Positions 18,361 through 25,715 of a stretch of DNA of 30,489 nucleotides are shown here, piece by piece. Position numbers and translations under genes: made by a program. The stretch is from IMG/VR virus record IMGVR_UViG_3300022074_000239; one strand, 5' to 3'. The notes under the pieces are model-generated. The model was given only the letters and a program-made list of their open reading frames with translations, did no database searches and was not told the origin of the DNA. How positions within the stretch are numbered: the stretch's first letter is position 1; the number at the start of each line of letters is the position of its first letter. This DNA is from a virus.

Positions 18361-18690
18361 TCAAGGAGATAATCTTCGTTGAATCTCAACAATACGATCT
18401 TCCATTGTGCTCAGTTGCCATTGATAGTTCAGATACTTCTCATCGATCTGAGTTATCAGCATCGTATGTTCTTTATCTGCTTTCTTTAATTCTTCAATTG
18501 AAGTTTGTAGCTCTTTGATCTCGTGCATCATTAAATTAATTTCAATATGCGTATGATCTAAGTTATTGATCTGATCTTGTATTGCTTGGAATCTCTGATC
18601 AGTCTGTTGTTTATTCTGTATCAGTACAAAACAAAGAATGATGATTGAGATAGTTAATGCAATCCAACTTATATATTTCATATAGTCCAT
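18361..18690 (-). CDS. Membrane-anchored coiled-coil protein (109 aa)
   Basis: N-terminal TM helix (ISWIALTISIIILCFVLI) followed by a heptad-like charged region. Confidence 0.6.
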   Translation of the reverse strand: MDYMKYISWIALTISIIILCFVLIQNKQQTDQRFQAIQDQINNLDHTHIEINLMMHEIKELQTSIEELKKADKEHTMLITQIDEKYLNYQWQLSTMEDRIVEIQRRLSP

Positions 18691-18977
18691 ATCTCATAGG
18701 GGATCATCATATCTTGTTGCAAGAACATAGGGGAGTTCTGATCTTCTACTCTTTGAGTTATAACATCTAAGAACAAGAACTCTCTTGCTTCTGATGGTTT
18801 CATATCTTGATTCCCAACTAATTGGATCACACATTGATTGAAGTCATAGACTGCAACTGATTTCTTTCCATTCGTTCCAATACCAATGAAAGCTGGAGTG
18901 AACTCTGGAAGAACTATTGCTTCTGGATTTAAAGAAGCTAAATGTGAATAACTAGGATGGTCAATTGCTTTAATCAT
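18678..18977 (-). CDS. Hypothetical protein (99 aa)
   Basis: ATG start. First gene after the repeat-rich spacer. No recognised domain. Confidence 0.55.
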   Translation of the reverse strand: MIKAIDHPSYSHLASLNPEAIVLPEFTPAFIGIGTNGKKSVAVYDFNQCVIQLVGNQDMKPSEAREFLFLDVITQRVEDQNSPMFLQQDMMIPYEIWTI

Positions 18978-19130
18978 AAGATATTTATTTCTGAGATAGA
19001 AATTGGATTATTGGTATAACTATATCAGCTAAATGGAACTCAATTAAAAATTTGCCCATATTTCTTGATTATTTTAATTCTCACTACTGATTGAATATTT
19101 CTGCTTTTATTTAAAGCAAATAAATATTAT

Positions 19131-19240
19131 CTTATGTTTTCTTATCTTATCTTCTCTTATCTTATGTCAGAATTTCCGACTGCTTTCCGATGGAAATCCA
19201 ACTGCTTTCCAAAGAAAGTCGGTGGAAAGTCGTAGGAAAT
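19131..19240. repeat. Iteron-like short repeat cluster
   Basis: CTTAT appears five times in 5-nt register (19131-19165). ACTGCTTTCC appears twice, 22 bp apart (19179-19188, 19201-19210). Inverted CGACTTTCC-like copies lie at 19214-19232. An AT-rich tract flanks the cluster (19040-19130). Confidence 0.6.
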
Positions 19241-19271
19241 TGTCTCACATTGTGATTAAATTAAAAGAACA

Positions 19272-19460
19272 ATGGGGAATGCTTTAGATTATAACGACAC
19301 ACACGAGCCACGAAGATTGATAGATTGTGACAATTGTGGCAAAAGGTTTCTTAATTATCCAGATAATGTCCCAACTTGTTCTGATTGTTTGCAGAATCCG
19401 ACAATTAAGAGACAAAGATCCAGAAATTCGACTCCAGTTGCATTTTTATTCGATATTTAA
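19272..19460 (+). CDS. Small zinc-ribbon protein (62 aa)
   Basis: CDNCG...CSDC pairs and a basic tail. No SD upstream, so coding status is uncertain. Confidence 0.45.
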   Translation: MGNALDYNDTHEPRRLIDCDNCGKRFLNYPDNVPTCSDCLQNPTIKRQRSRNSTPVAFLFDI

Positions 19461-19641
19461 AATATGCGTTTAAGTTTTTTCCAAACCTTGATTTCATTGA
19501 GGATTTCAGAAAATTTGCCACAGCTCCTCATTTTTAACACATAGACCAGTCATAAGTGTGTTCAAGTTTATCCAACCGATACAAAACTTGTGGCTGATCA
19601 GTTGGCACGAAAGACTGGTCTGCTTTCATTATAAAACCACA

Positions 19642-19669
19642 TTGAACAGCTCTGAGTATTTGTTATAAT
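19642..19669 (+). promoter_or_regulatory. Sigma70-type promoter of the tRNA gene
   Basis: TTGAAC (19642-19647), 16-nt spacer, TATAAT (19664-19669) preceded by TGT (extended -10). The tRNA starts 10 nt downstream. Confidence 0.6.
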
Positions 19670-19679
19670 TTTAGTTATT

Positions 19680-19754
19680 GCAGTAGTAGTTCAGTGGTAG
19701 AACGCCTCGTTGCCAACGAGGAAGTCGGGAGTTCGAATCTCCTCTACTGCTCCA
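19680..19754 (+). tRNA. tRNA-Gly (anticodon GCC), CCA encoded
   Basis: Cloverleaf folded by hand. Acceptor stem GCAGTAG/CTACTGC; D stem GTTC/GAAC; anticodon stem CCTCG/CGAGG with loop TTGCCAA; T stem GGGAG/CTCCT with loop TTCGAAT; discriminator T then CCA. Confidence 0.9.
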
Positions 19755-21047
19755 CTAATCTTGTTCTGGTTTATAACCCTTATCAAATGAATCAGCCATT
19801 CTCTTCTTGAGATCCATATCTTCTTTGATATAGTACTCACGAGTCACACGATCATTCTTATGTCCTAAGTGATTGGCAATATCAGTTGAACTCCAACCAA
19901 GACCAGCAAGAACTGTTGCTGATGTGTGTCTTGTATATTTAGGAGACTTGAGTGGTCTTTCAATACCAACCAACTCTTGAATCCGAATAAAGTTCTTTCT
20001 GAAATAATCTAAATTGATCAGATGTCCGAACTTATTAACAAAGAGATATTGATCTTCGTGATATACACCGAGAAGATCTAACTCCACAGCTAACTGTTGA
20101 ACATAGTCAATGACTGCATCTGGACAAGATTGTATTCTCTGAGATGAGGATTTGACCTTTGATTCATCATATACCCATCCAGTTATCTCTCCATTTTCAT
20201 TGTTAGATGCTTTCTTTGAGATAGCTTTATTGATCACAACTTCTTTATTGATGAAATCAAAGTCACTAAACTTCAAAGCCATAAGCTCTCCAGTTCTTAG
20301 ACCTAGATAAAATCCAAGACAGAATCTTCCATACCAAGTGATCGGAGGAATATTTCCAGTTGAATTTCTCATTTCAATATGAGTTCCAGTGTCTCTTGTG
20401 ACCTCGACTCTAGTCTTTGGAATGTGTCGGAGCTTCTCAAGATTTGTGTGGATCTCTTCTAGTGACCAAGTTTCATCTCGCATCTCATTAAAGATCCTCT
20501 CATCTCTCTCTTGTTGCTCTTGAGTTCTTCTTTCAAGTTTGACATTTGCTAGGGGATTAGCATCGATCTGATTCATTGTTCTTGCTAGATCAAGCAGAGT
20601 CCTCAGTTCTGTCTTGTAGTTCTGAATTGATGCTGGTTTCAATCCTCGATCTTTTAATCTTTTGAGGTATTTATACATCATCGAACTTGTTATATCTTCG
20701 AGCTTTATATCCCAAAGACCTATTTCTTTCCAGAATTTTATTGATGCGTTGATCTGTGCTTTATTAACAACAGACACTTGTCTCTCAGCTTTGAGCCAGT
20801 GAGTCAATGCAAACTCTCCAACAGTCATTGCATCTTCTTTTGTCACGAGCTTTAGAGAGTCTCTAGTGTTAAGATCATCAACAATCTTCTTGCTAAAACG
20901 ATCAGCTTCAGCTTTTGTCTTCTGAACTTTGCCATTCTTAACTTGTTTAACTCCATCTTTGTCAAAGACCACATATCTTGGTCTCCAACCAATAGATCCA
21001 GATTTATAATTTATCTTCTGGCTTCGATATACTTTTGCTTCTTTCAT
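19755..21047 (-). CDS. int: Tyrosine integrase
   Basis: The C-terminus carries ...YTRHTSATVLAG...ANHLGHKNDRVTREYY (R-H-R-Y type boxes). Start moved to ATG 21047 (MKEAKVYRSQ...), which follows AAGGAGA. The track's N-terminal extension is non-coding repeat DNA. The TAG stop abuts the tRNA CCA end. Confidence 0.9.
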   Translation of the reverse strand: MKEAKVYRSQKINYKSGSIGWRPRYVVFDKDGVKQVKNGKVQKTKAEADRFSKKIVDDLNTRDSLKLVTKEDAMTVGEFALTHWLKAERQVSVVNKAQINASIKFWKEIGLWDIKLEDITSSMMYKYLKRLKDRGLKPASIQNYKTELRTLLDLARTMNQIDANPLANVKLERRTQEQQERDERIFNEMRDETWSLEEIHTNLEKLRHIPKTRVEVTRDTGTHIEMRNSTGNIPPITWYGRFCLGFYLGLRTGELMALKFSDFDFINKEVVINKAISKKASNNENGEITGWVYDESKVKSSSQRIQSCPDAVIDYVQQLAVELDLLGVYHEDQYLFVNKFGHLINLDYFRKNFIRIQELVGIERPLKSPKYTRHTSATVLAGLGWSSTDIANHLGHKNDRVTREYYIKEDMDLKKRMADSFDKGYKPEQD

Positions 21048-21096
21048 TATTTCTCCTTTTAATAGGATAAATAACCATTGGAACTCGATGAGAAAA

Positions 21097-21128
21097 ATGC
21101 ACACGAATGCACACAAACTGCACACAGA
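21097..21128 (+). repeat. Three tandem TGCACAC(A/G)(A/G)A repeats upstream of int
   Basis: ATGCACACGA, ATGCACACAA, (AC), TGCACACAGA at 10-12-bp spacing. Confidence 0.8.
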
Positions 21129-21201
21129 CTTTGAGAACTGTGAGAAGTATGAGACATAAGATAAACAATTGACCAATAAATCACTGGCAATTTATAATTA
21201 T

Positions 21202-21265
21202 GCAAGAGTGTTAGTAGGAAAGAATCCCTTGCCAACGAGAGTCTCTCGGTTAAATTCTCAAGAGC
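21202..21265 (+). other. Degenerate tRNA-Gly-like segment / candidate attP core
   Basis: TTGCCAACGAG (21229-21239) is identical to the anticodon loop plus 3' stem of the phage tRNA (19710-19720). The flanks align loosely with the D-arm and T-arm (GCAaGAGTg.TT.AGT.GG.A.GAA..CC; AGTC..GGTTaAAtTCTC). Confidence 0.35.
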
Positions 21266-21374
21266 TCGTGTGCAGTGATCTTTCCCAAAAACCCATCTGT
21301 TCTTGGTTAATATCATTAATTTATATTATAACGAGAAAATTCCGAGAAGCTCGTGGTTAATAAAAACACCTAAA

Positions 21375-21396
21375 ATGCACACAGAATGCACACAGA
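21375..21396 (+). repeat. Perfect tandem 11-mer ATGCACACAGA x2
   Basis: Read directly. Same motif and orientation as at 21097-21128. One inverted copy (GTGTGCA) lies at 21268-21274. Confidence 0.85.
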
Positions 21397-21527
21397 TTTT
21401 CAGTTTATAAGAAAAACCCTAAGAGAATCAACGCATTTTGATGATGGCTGATCACAATAATATTGATCTGAATCTTCGATATGTTTTAAGATCGAATGAC
21501 AAGACTTGCATCTGTACTTGTCGGAGT

Positions 21528-21857
21528 TCAACCTTTTCTTCTTCTTTCTGGAAATAAGTCACGCACCTTTCGATTGTTGTGCAGTCCTTTTCTTTGAGCT
21601 GGGATAGTTCCACCCCAGACACCCTCTGAACAATAGTTTTTAATCGCATAAGCAAGACATTCAGCTCTGACTGGACATTGCAGACAGATGTCGATTGCTT
21701 GTTTGTATTCCTTGTTTAAGGATCTACCTTTTAGATCTCTTTCCATAATGAATAGGGAAGTGTCACTTGATACACAAGCTCCTTGCTCTTTCCATTGATA
21801 TTCTGGATCTGAGATCAATTGTTTGACTTCAGACAATGTCAGATGATCATTTGTCAT
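21528..21857 (-). CDS. whiB: WhiB-like transcription factor
   Basis: Cys-Xn-Cys-X2-Cys-X5-Cys (GACV...DICLQCPVRAEC) plus GVWGG and a basic tail. I prefer ATG 21857 over the track's TTG 21917; neither has a clear SD. Confidence 0.8.
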   Translation of the reverse strand: MTNDHLTLSEVKQLISDPEYQWKEQGACVSSDTSLFIMERDLKGRSLNKEYKQAIDICLQCPVRAECLAYAIKNYCSEGVWGGTIPAQRKGLHNNRKVRDLFPERRRKG

Positions 21858-21966
21858 AGTGGGCTGTCCAGAATCGAACTGGATCTTTTGTCTGGACTTT
21901 CTGAGTTCTCGATTCAAAAGAAGACCATCTCAGCCCTGTTGCCCTCAAGAATGGGATCTGAGGGGC

Positions 21967-22455
21967 TTAAAATGGAGCATCTTGCTCCTTTATCTCGATA
22001 TGGACTTTCGGCAATCTAAGGATTGCATCGAGAAGAGTGTTTAATTGTTCAAGATCACTGCTCTCAAGAGTTTTATGAGCTAGATCTCTTAAATCACGAT
22101 AATTTGTGATCTGAGCTTCTTTATTCACTGCATACTGCTTGACTTGAGCTTCTATCTTCCACATTGCATTTGCAGTCACGAGTTCATCTTCATCAGTTGG
22201 AAGTTCTCCAATAACTTCTTGACCATTAAGCCATTCATTTGCATCTCTGTATCTTTGCAAATGGCTATTGTTCAGCCATCCAACATCTTGAGCTATCTCA
22301 TTCAATAAGACATACGCATCAACAACTTTCTTCTTGAGCTGTTTTAATTGATCAACTTTCTTCTTGTGTAGATCATCAAGAGCTTCTTCTTCTGAATTAA
22401 CCAAGATCGGATCTGGTTGAGCCATATAGTCTGAAACTTTTCCAAAGTAGCTCAT
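21967..22455 (-). CDS. Hypothetical early protein (162 aa) ending in DAPF
   Basis: Start moved to ATG 22455 (GGGAGGA RBS; ATGA overlap with the upstream stop). C-terminus is ...EIKEQDAPF*. Confidence 0.65.
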   Translation of the reverse strand: MSYFGKVSDYMAQPDPILVNSEEEALDDLHKKKVDQLKQLKKKVVDAYVLLNEIAQDVGWLNNSHLQRYRDANEWLNGQEVIGELPTDEDELVTANAMWKIEAQVKQYAVNKEAQITNYRDLRDLAHKTLESSDLEQLNTLLDAILRLPKVHIEIKEQDAPF

Positions 22456-22829
22456 TTGATCCTCCCAGCTTGAAATTCTTCTCCAAACCACTGATCAAAG
22501 TTATCATCGATCATTGATTTTCTATTAAGTCCCAACAATCTGACATTTCTTTCATTGATCAGATCATCTGGCTCAATTGTTGTTCTACTGAAAGCAAGTC
22601 TTTGATCATTTGCTCTGACCATTGCTTTTCTATTCATCACAAGAGCTTCGACAAGATTGTTCTCAATGTCTTGCAATTGTTTTAATTGATTCGCAGATTC
22701 GAAATATTGTTGCTTATTAAAATCCCATCGTTGATCTATTGATACAATCTCAACTTGTGGATAATGTGTATGAGCATACATCATTTCTTCTGTTTGTTTT
22801 ATTGGGGCTGGTTGAATATCTTCTGCCAT
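22452..22829 (-). CDS. Hypothetical early protein (125 aa)
   Basis: AGGAG RBS. No recognised domain. Confidence 0.65.
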   Translation of the reverse strand: MAEDIQPAPIKQTEEMMYAHTHYPQVEIVSIDQRWDFNKQQYFESANQLKQLQDIENNLVEALVMNRKAMVRANDQRLAFSRTTIEPDDLINERNVRLLGLNRKSMIDDNFDQWFGEEFQAGRIK

Positions 22830-22842
22830 ATTCTTCTCCTAT

Positions 22843-23334
22843 TTAAAATGGAACATCCTTATGATCTTCCTCTGATTTTTTGTCGAATGGATCTATTTCA
22901 ACAGTGTCTTCTTTTGGAGCTGGAGGGACTTCAGTCTTGATCCAGTCTTGTGGAAGATCCTTTGAATTAAGCCACCACGACTTTCTGAGCATTCCATATT
23001 GACCTTGTTTTCTACCACTGCAATCAGTGTTGTTAGAACAGACAAAGTCTGGGCTCTTCTCTTTATATTCCCCAGATCTCTTTTGTGGTCTATTGTCAAA
23101 GACTTTAGATTCACATAGATAACAGACAAGGTTTTGTCTTGGGGGAGTTGTCTCTGTCACTGGAATAACCTCATTGATCATCTCCACTGGATCTGATGGT
23201 GGCTCTTCCTCGATAACAGATGGCACTTCGTTTTCTTGTGTTTGCAGTAGTTCAGCCAAGATCTTCTCAGCTTCATCAATTGCTTGTTTTGACAGCTCTA
23301 TCTTTTGAAGAGCTTGATCAATATTTATGTTCAT
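22843..23334 (-). CDS. Zinc-ribbon protein with acidic DVPF tail (possible non-canonical ssDNA-binding protein)
   Basis: 163 aa: N-terminal helix, Pro-rich linker, C4 ribbon (CYLC...SPDFVCSNNTDC) resembling topoisomerase-type zinc ribbons, and C-terminus ...EEDHKDVPF*. Confidence 0.4.
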   Translation of the reverse strand: MNINIDQALQKIELSKQAIDEAEKILAELLQTQENEVPSVIEEEPPSDPVEMINEVIPVTETTPPRQNLVCYLCESKVFDNRPQKRSGEYKEKSPDFVCSNNTDCSGRKQGQYGMLRKSWWLNSKDLPQDWIKTEVPPAPKEDTVEIDPFDKKSEEDHKDVPF

Positions 23335-23846
23335 ATATCCTCATTTCTCATAATTTCTGAAACTTCTAGCAAGATTGATTCAGACCAGTCCAGATCCCAG
23401 AGGTTTTCATAATCTGCATAAGTGAATGGCTCTTGCTTCCAACTATTCAACTGATCTTGCAGTGACTTCTTCCAACCAATAGGGAAGAGCTTCTTCAACT
23501 TTCCCTTTGTGTGATATGTCTGATCATTAATTCTTGGAGATTGTTTGATCCGATCTTTCAAGAAATATTGTTTGCAGTTCTTTTCTTTGCAATAACAAGT
23601 CTTCTTTCCAAGTTGTATTCTCCACTCTCTAAGCATCGGAGCTCTCTTAATCACTTCAATATCATCAAACTTTTGATCAACAATCTTTGTCCCATATTTC
23701 TTAAAGTTTGGATCTACTTTCAAAAGTATCTGCAAACAAACAGAATTGAACTTTCTTAGTACTTGAAAGATAGATGTATTTCTGACCTCAGTTTCACTTG
23801 GAACTTCATTGATATATTTGGATGTGGCTCTTATTGGATCACTCAT
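23331..23846 (-). CDS. Hypothetical early protein (171 aa)
   Basis: Start moved to ATG 23846 (MSDPIRATSK...), which follows GGGAGG. Confidence 0.6.
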   Translation of the reverse strand: MSDPIRATSKYINEVPSETEVRNTSIFQVLRKFNSVCLQILLKVDPNFKKYGTKIVDQKFDDIEVIKRAPMLREWRIQLGKKTCYCKEKNCKQYFLKDRIKQSPRINDQTYHTKGKLKKLFPIGWKKSLQDQLNSWKQEPFTYADYENLWDLDWSESILLEVSEIMRNEDI

Positions 23847-24189
23847 AAGACCTCCCACATCCAGCACAAAACTTCTGATCAATAGGAACTCTTTTATTCT
23901 TTAAGTCACAAGAGTCGATCTTGCATTGTTTTGATTCATATCGAACAGCTTCTCCATTAATCATTGAGACACATTGATCAGCTATCTGACCAAGTTTTTT
24001 TGTTATATATCTACGATTTGAAAGTTGTTTGTTGAAGTTCTTGTCATAATTGTCTGGAGCTGTCTTAGATCCAGAGACAGATCTCTCAAGTTTCATATTC
24101 GATAGTCTTGGACTTCCGATTTCTTCTGAAGCTGTATAAAACGAAATAATTGTTTTGATGTGCTCTTCAGCTTTCTTAGAGATTTTCAT
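23839..24189 (-). CDS. Hypothetical early protein with C-terminal zinc ribbon (116 aa)
   Basis: ...CKIDSC...CAGCG. TAATG overlap with the upstream gene. Confidence 0.6.
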   Translation of the reverse strand: MKISKKAEEHIKTIISFYTASEEIGSPRLSNMKLERSVSGSKTAPDNYDKNFNKQLSNRRYITKKLGQIADQCVSMINGEAVRYESKQCKIDSCDLKNKRVPIDQKFCAGCGRSYE

Positions 24190-24581
24190 TATAGATCACC
24201 AACTGCTTTCTCTAATCCATCAGACATTTCGCCACCATCTTCTTCAATCTTGTGTCTTATAAGCTCAACCAAAGAATCAAATCCTTGAGATCTGGCATAT
24301 TCTTTTGATGTCATCCAAGTTGATGGATCTTCATCTGGAGCTTCGATCTGTCTTTCAGCAAATTGCTTTGTGACTTCATCTCTGCACATAGACATTAATT
24401 TGGCTGGAGATGGCTTTCGAGACATCCCTTGAGTCAATTTCAAAACATTGAGAAGCACAGAGCTGTTGAATTGTCGAAACTCTGGAGCAATTGTCTGGAG
24501 CTGTCGATCAGAGAACTTGTAGTCGTGCCAGTTATCAATCTTCATCAAAAATTCCTCAATAACAAACTTCAGATCACTCAT
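24189..24581 (-). CDS. Hypothetical early protein (130 aa)
   Basis: The track start 24587 directly abuts GGAGG. The ATG at 24581 has proper 6-nt spacing. Confidence 0.6.
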   Translation of the reverse strand: MSDLKFVIEEFLMKIDNWHDYKFSDRQLQTIAPEFRQFNSSVLLNVLKLTQGMSRKPSPAKLMSMCRDEVTKQFAERQIEAPDEDPSTWMTSKEYARSQGFDSLVELIRHKIEEDGGEMSDGLEKAVGDL

Positions 24582-24969
24582 TGCCATCCTCCATTTGTTC
24601 GATCCATTTTTTCATCTTTGCTTCACGAGATTTCTCTTCGATCTGTTTATTGACTTCACCTTTTGGAATTGGCATCAATCCAGTTCTAAAACGATTGAAG
24701 TGCTTCACATAAGCAAAAGGGGATGGGATGTGATGAAAGTGTGCAATATAAGACTGCTGGGCAATTTTCATCTCATCAAGACTTGGCTCTTGTGCTACTA
24801 GATCCCAATAGCATTTCATAAAACCAGACTTCTGCTGATCACTCATTCTCATATCTGTATTAGTGAGAAGAGCAAGTTGCTCAAATATCTGATCCTTAAT
24901 AAGTGGAAATATCTTTTCACGCCAAGAAGAGTCAGACTGAGATTGAAAAGCTGATAATTCTTTTGACAT
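24574..24969 (-). CDS. Hypothetical early protein (131 aa)
   Basis: TAATG overlap with the upstream gene. No recognised domain. Confidence 0.6.
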   Translation of the reverse strand: MSKELSAFQSQSDSSWREKIFPLIKDQIFEQLALLTNTDMRMSDQQKSGFMKCYWDLVAQEPSLDEMKIAQQSYIAHFHHIPSPFAYVKHFNRFRTGLMPIPKGEVNKQIEEKSREAKMKKWIEQMEDGNE

Positions 24970-25352
24970 TATAAATCTCCCTCAGTCTGTTTTCTCTTCT
25001 TATCACGATCAAGTTTCAGAATGGTCTGACCAATTTTTTTCTCCCAATCTGGTAGGGACACAGTCCCATCAACTTCATCGATCCACGAACAATCGTGCAA
25101 TGCTTTATATATCTGATCACCATCTAAATCCAGAGCCATAATGCTTGGGAGATGGTCTTTTGTGACTTGTAGCTTTCCAGACATAAGGATTCCTTTTCCA
25201 TCTGGGAAGTCAGTTATTGATATAGACCACAGTCTCACTAGAGCTCCTATGGTCTCATTAATTGTGATCCCAAGTGTTTTTGCTATGTGGATCACTTCAA
25301 ATTTGTTGAATATCCTTGAATCAAGTTGAAACCAAATATCTCTCTTCGCCAT
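24969..25352 (-). CDS. Hypothetical early protein, weakly replisome-organiser-like N-terminus
   Basis: MAKRDIWFQLDSRIFNKFEVIHIAKTLG...GALVRLW resembles the W-x-K/Q-L-D...F start of phage replication organiser proteins. Weak. Confidence 0.3.
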   Translation of the reverse strand: MAKRDIWFQLDSRIFNKFEVIHIAKTLGITINETIGALVRLWSISITDFPDGKGILMSGKLQVTKDHLPSIMALDLDGDQIYKALHDCSWIDEVDGTVSLPDWEKKIGQTILKLDRDKKRKQTEGDL

Positions 25353-25540
25353 TATTGATCACCTCTGATCAACGACATAAGAACAGATTTTTCAACCCTT
25401 AAAGGTTTAAGTTTGGTTGATGATCCAGTCGGTACAGCTTGAAGCTGTCCAGTATCAATCAACCGATAAGTTGTAGCTTTGCTCCAGCCAGTGAGTTCAA
25501 CAATCTCCTTGACTGAGAGCAACAATTTGCTGTCTTGCAT
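25352..25540 (-). CDS. HTH_17 / excisionase-family DNA-binding protein (Xis- or Cro-like)
   Basis: 62 aa with LSVKEIVELTGWSKATTYRLIDTGQLQAV. It is the first gene of the early operon and has an AGAGGA RBS. Confidence 0.75.
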   Translation of the reverse strand: MQDSKLLLSVKEIVELTGWSKATTYRLIDTGQLQAVPTGSSTKLKPLRVEKSVLMSLIRGDQ

Positions 25541-25638
25541 ATCATTCCTCTTGGTCTTGGAGAAGTTTCAAAAATTCTATGGTCTCTAAAGGAGACACAC
25601 AGCCCCATCAAATTTTTCAATCTTCTCTTCTTTCCCTC

Positions 25639-25676
25639 TGGGAAACTATTGACATAATTATGTCTCTATTTTCCCA
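25639..25676. promoter_or_regulatory. Operator O1: TGGGAAA-N24-TTTCCCA enclosing palindrome GACATAATTATGTC
   Basis: Read directly. The outer 7-mers are perfect inverted repeats, and the inner 14-bp palindrome lies at 25651-25664. Confidence 0.6.
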
Positions 25677-25690
25677 AAAGATTTGTTCTA

Positions 25691-25699
25691 ACTATATCA
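25691..25699 (-). promoter_or_regulatory. Candidate extended -10 promoter of the early (minus-strand) operon
   Basis: Minus strand reads TGATATAGT (TGnTATAGT). No good -35, which is tolerated by extended -10 promoters. Confidence 0.4.
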
Positions 25700-25715
25700 C
25701 AGCTGTGGAATTTGA

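Noticed and set aside
19543-19621. 9-bp inverted repeat AGACCAGTC...GACTGGTCT, 61 nt apart, upstream of the tRNA promoter.
   Set aside because: It is a single 9-bp pair with a long loop and no supporting features, so it is compatible with chance.
21048-21176. N-terminal 43-aa extension of the integrase ORF (MVNCLSYVSYFSQFSKSVCSLCAFVCIF...).
   Set aside because: It is a translation of the TGCACAC repeat DNA. No RBS precedes it, whereas ATG 21047 follows AAGGAGA and starts a typical arm-binding N-terminus.
19131-21396. Possibility that the short tandem repeats (CTTAT array, ATGCACACAGA x2) are a CRISPR array.
   Set aside because: The repeats are 5-11 bp with no spacers of CRISPR size, no cas genes are present, and copy numbers are only 2-5.
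12359-21522. Similar hairpin arms (GACAAGT/ACTTGTC) upstream of the capsid gene and just after whiB (21498-21522) as a shared regulatory element.
   Set aside because: Only a 6-7-nt arm is shared, and the loops and contexts differ. This is likely coincidence.
21059-21655. Track ORFs 21059-21316 (-), 21169-21360 (+) and 21452-21655 (-) in or near the whiB-int spacer.
   Set aside because: They have no RBS, and their translations are Cys/Leu-rich or overlap whiB out of frame. The region is better explained as att/regulatory DNA.
24189-24969. Shared P-S-P-[AF] motif in the adjacent 130/131-aa early proteins (SRKPSPAKLMSMC; HHIPSPFAYVKHF), hinting at lambda-P/loader-like replication proteins.
   Set aside because: The motif is too short and my recollection of the family signature is not firm. 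It needs a profile search before any call.
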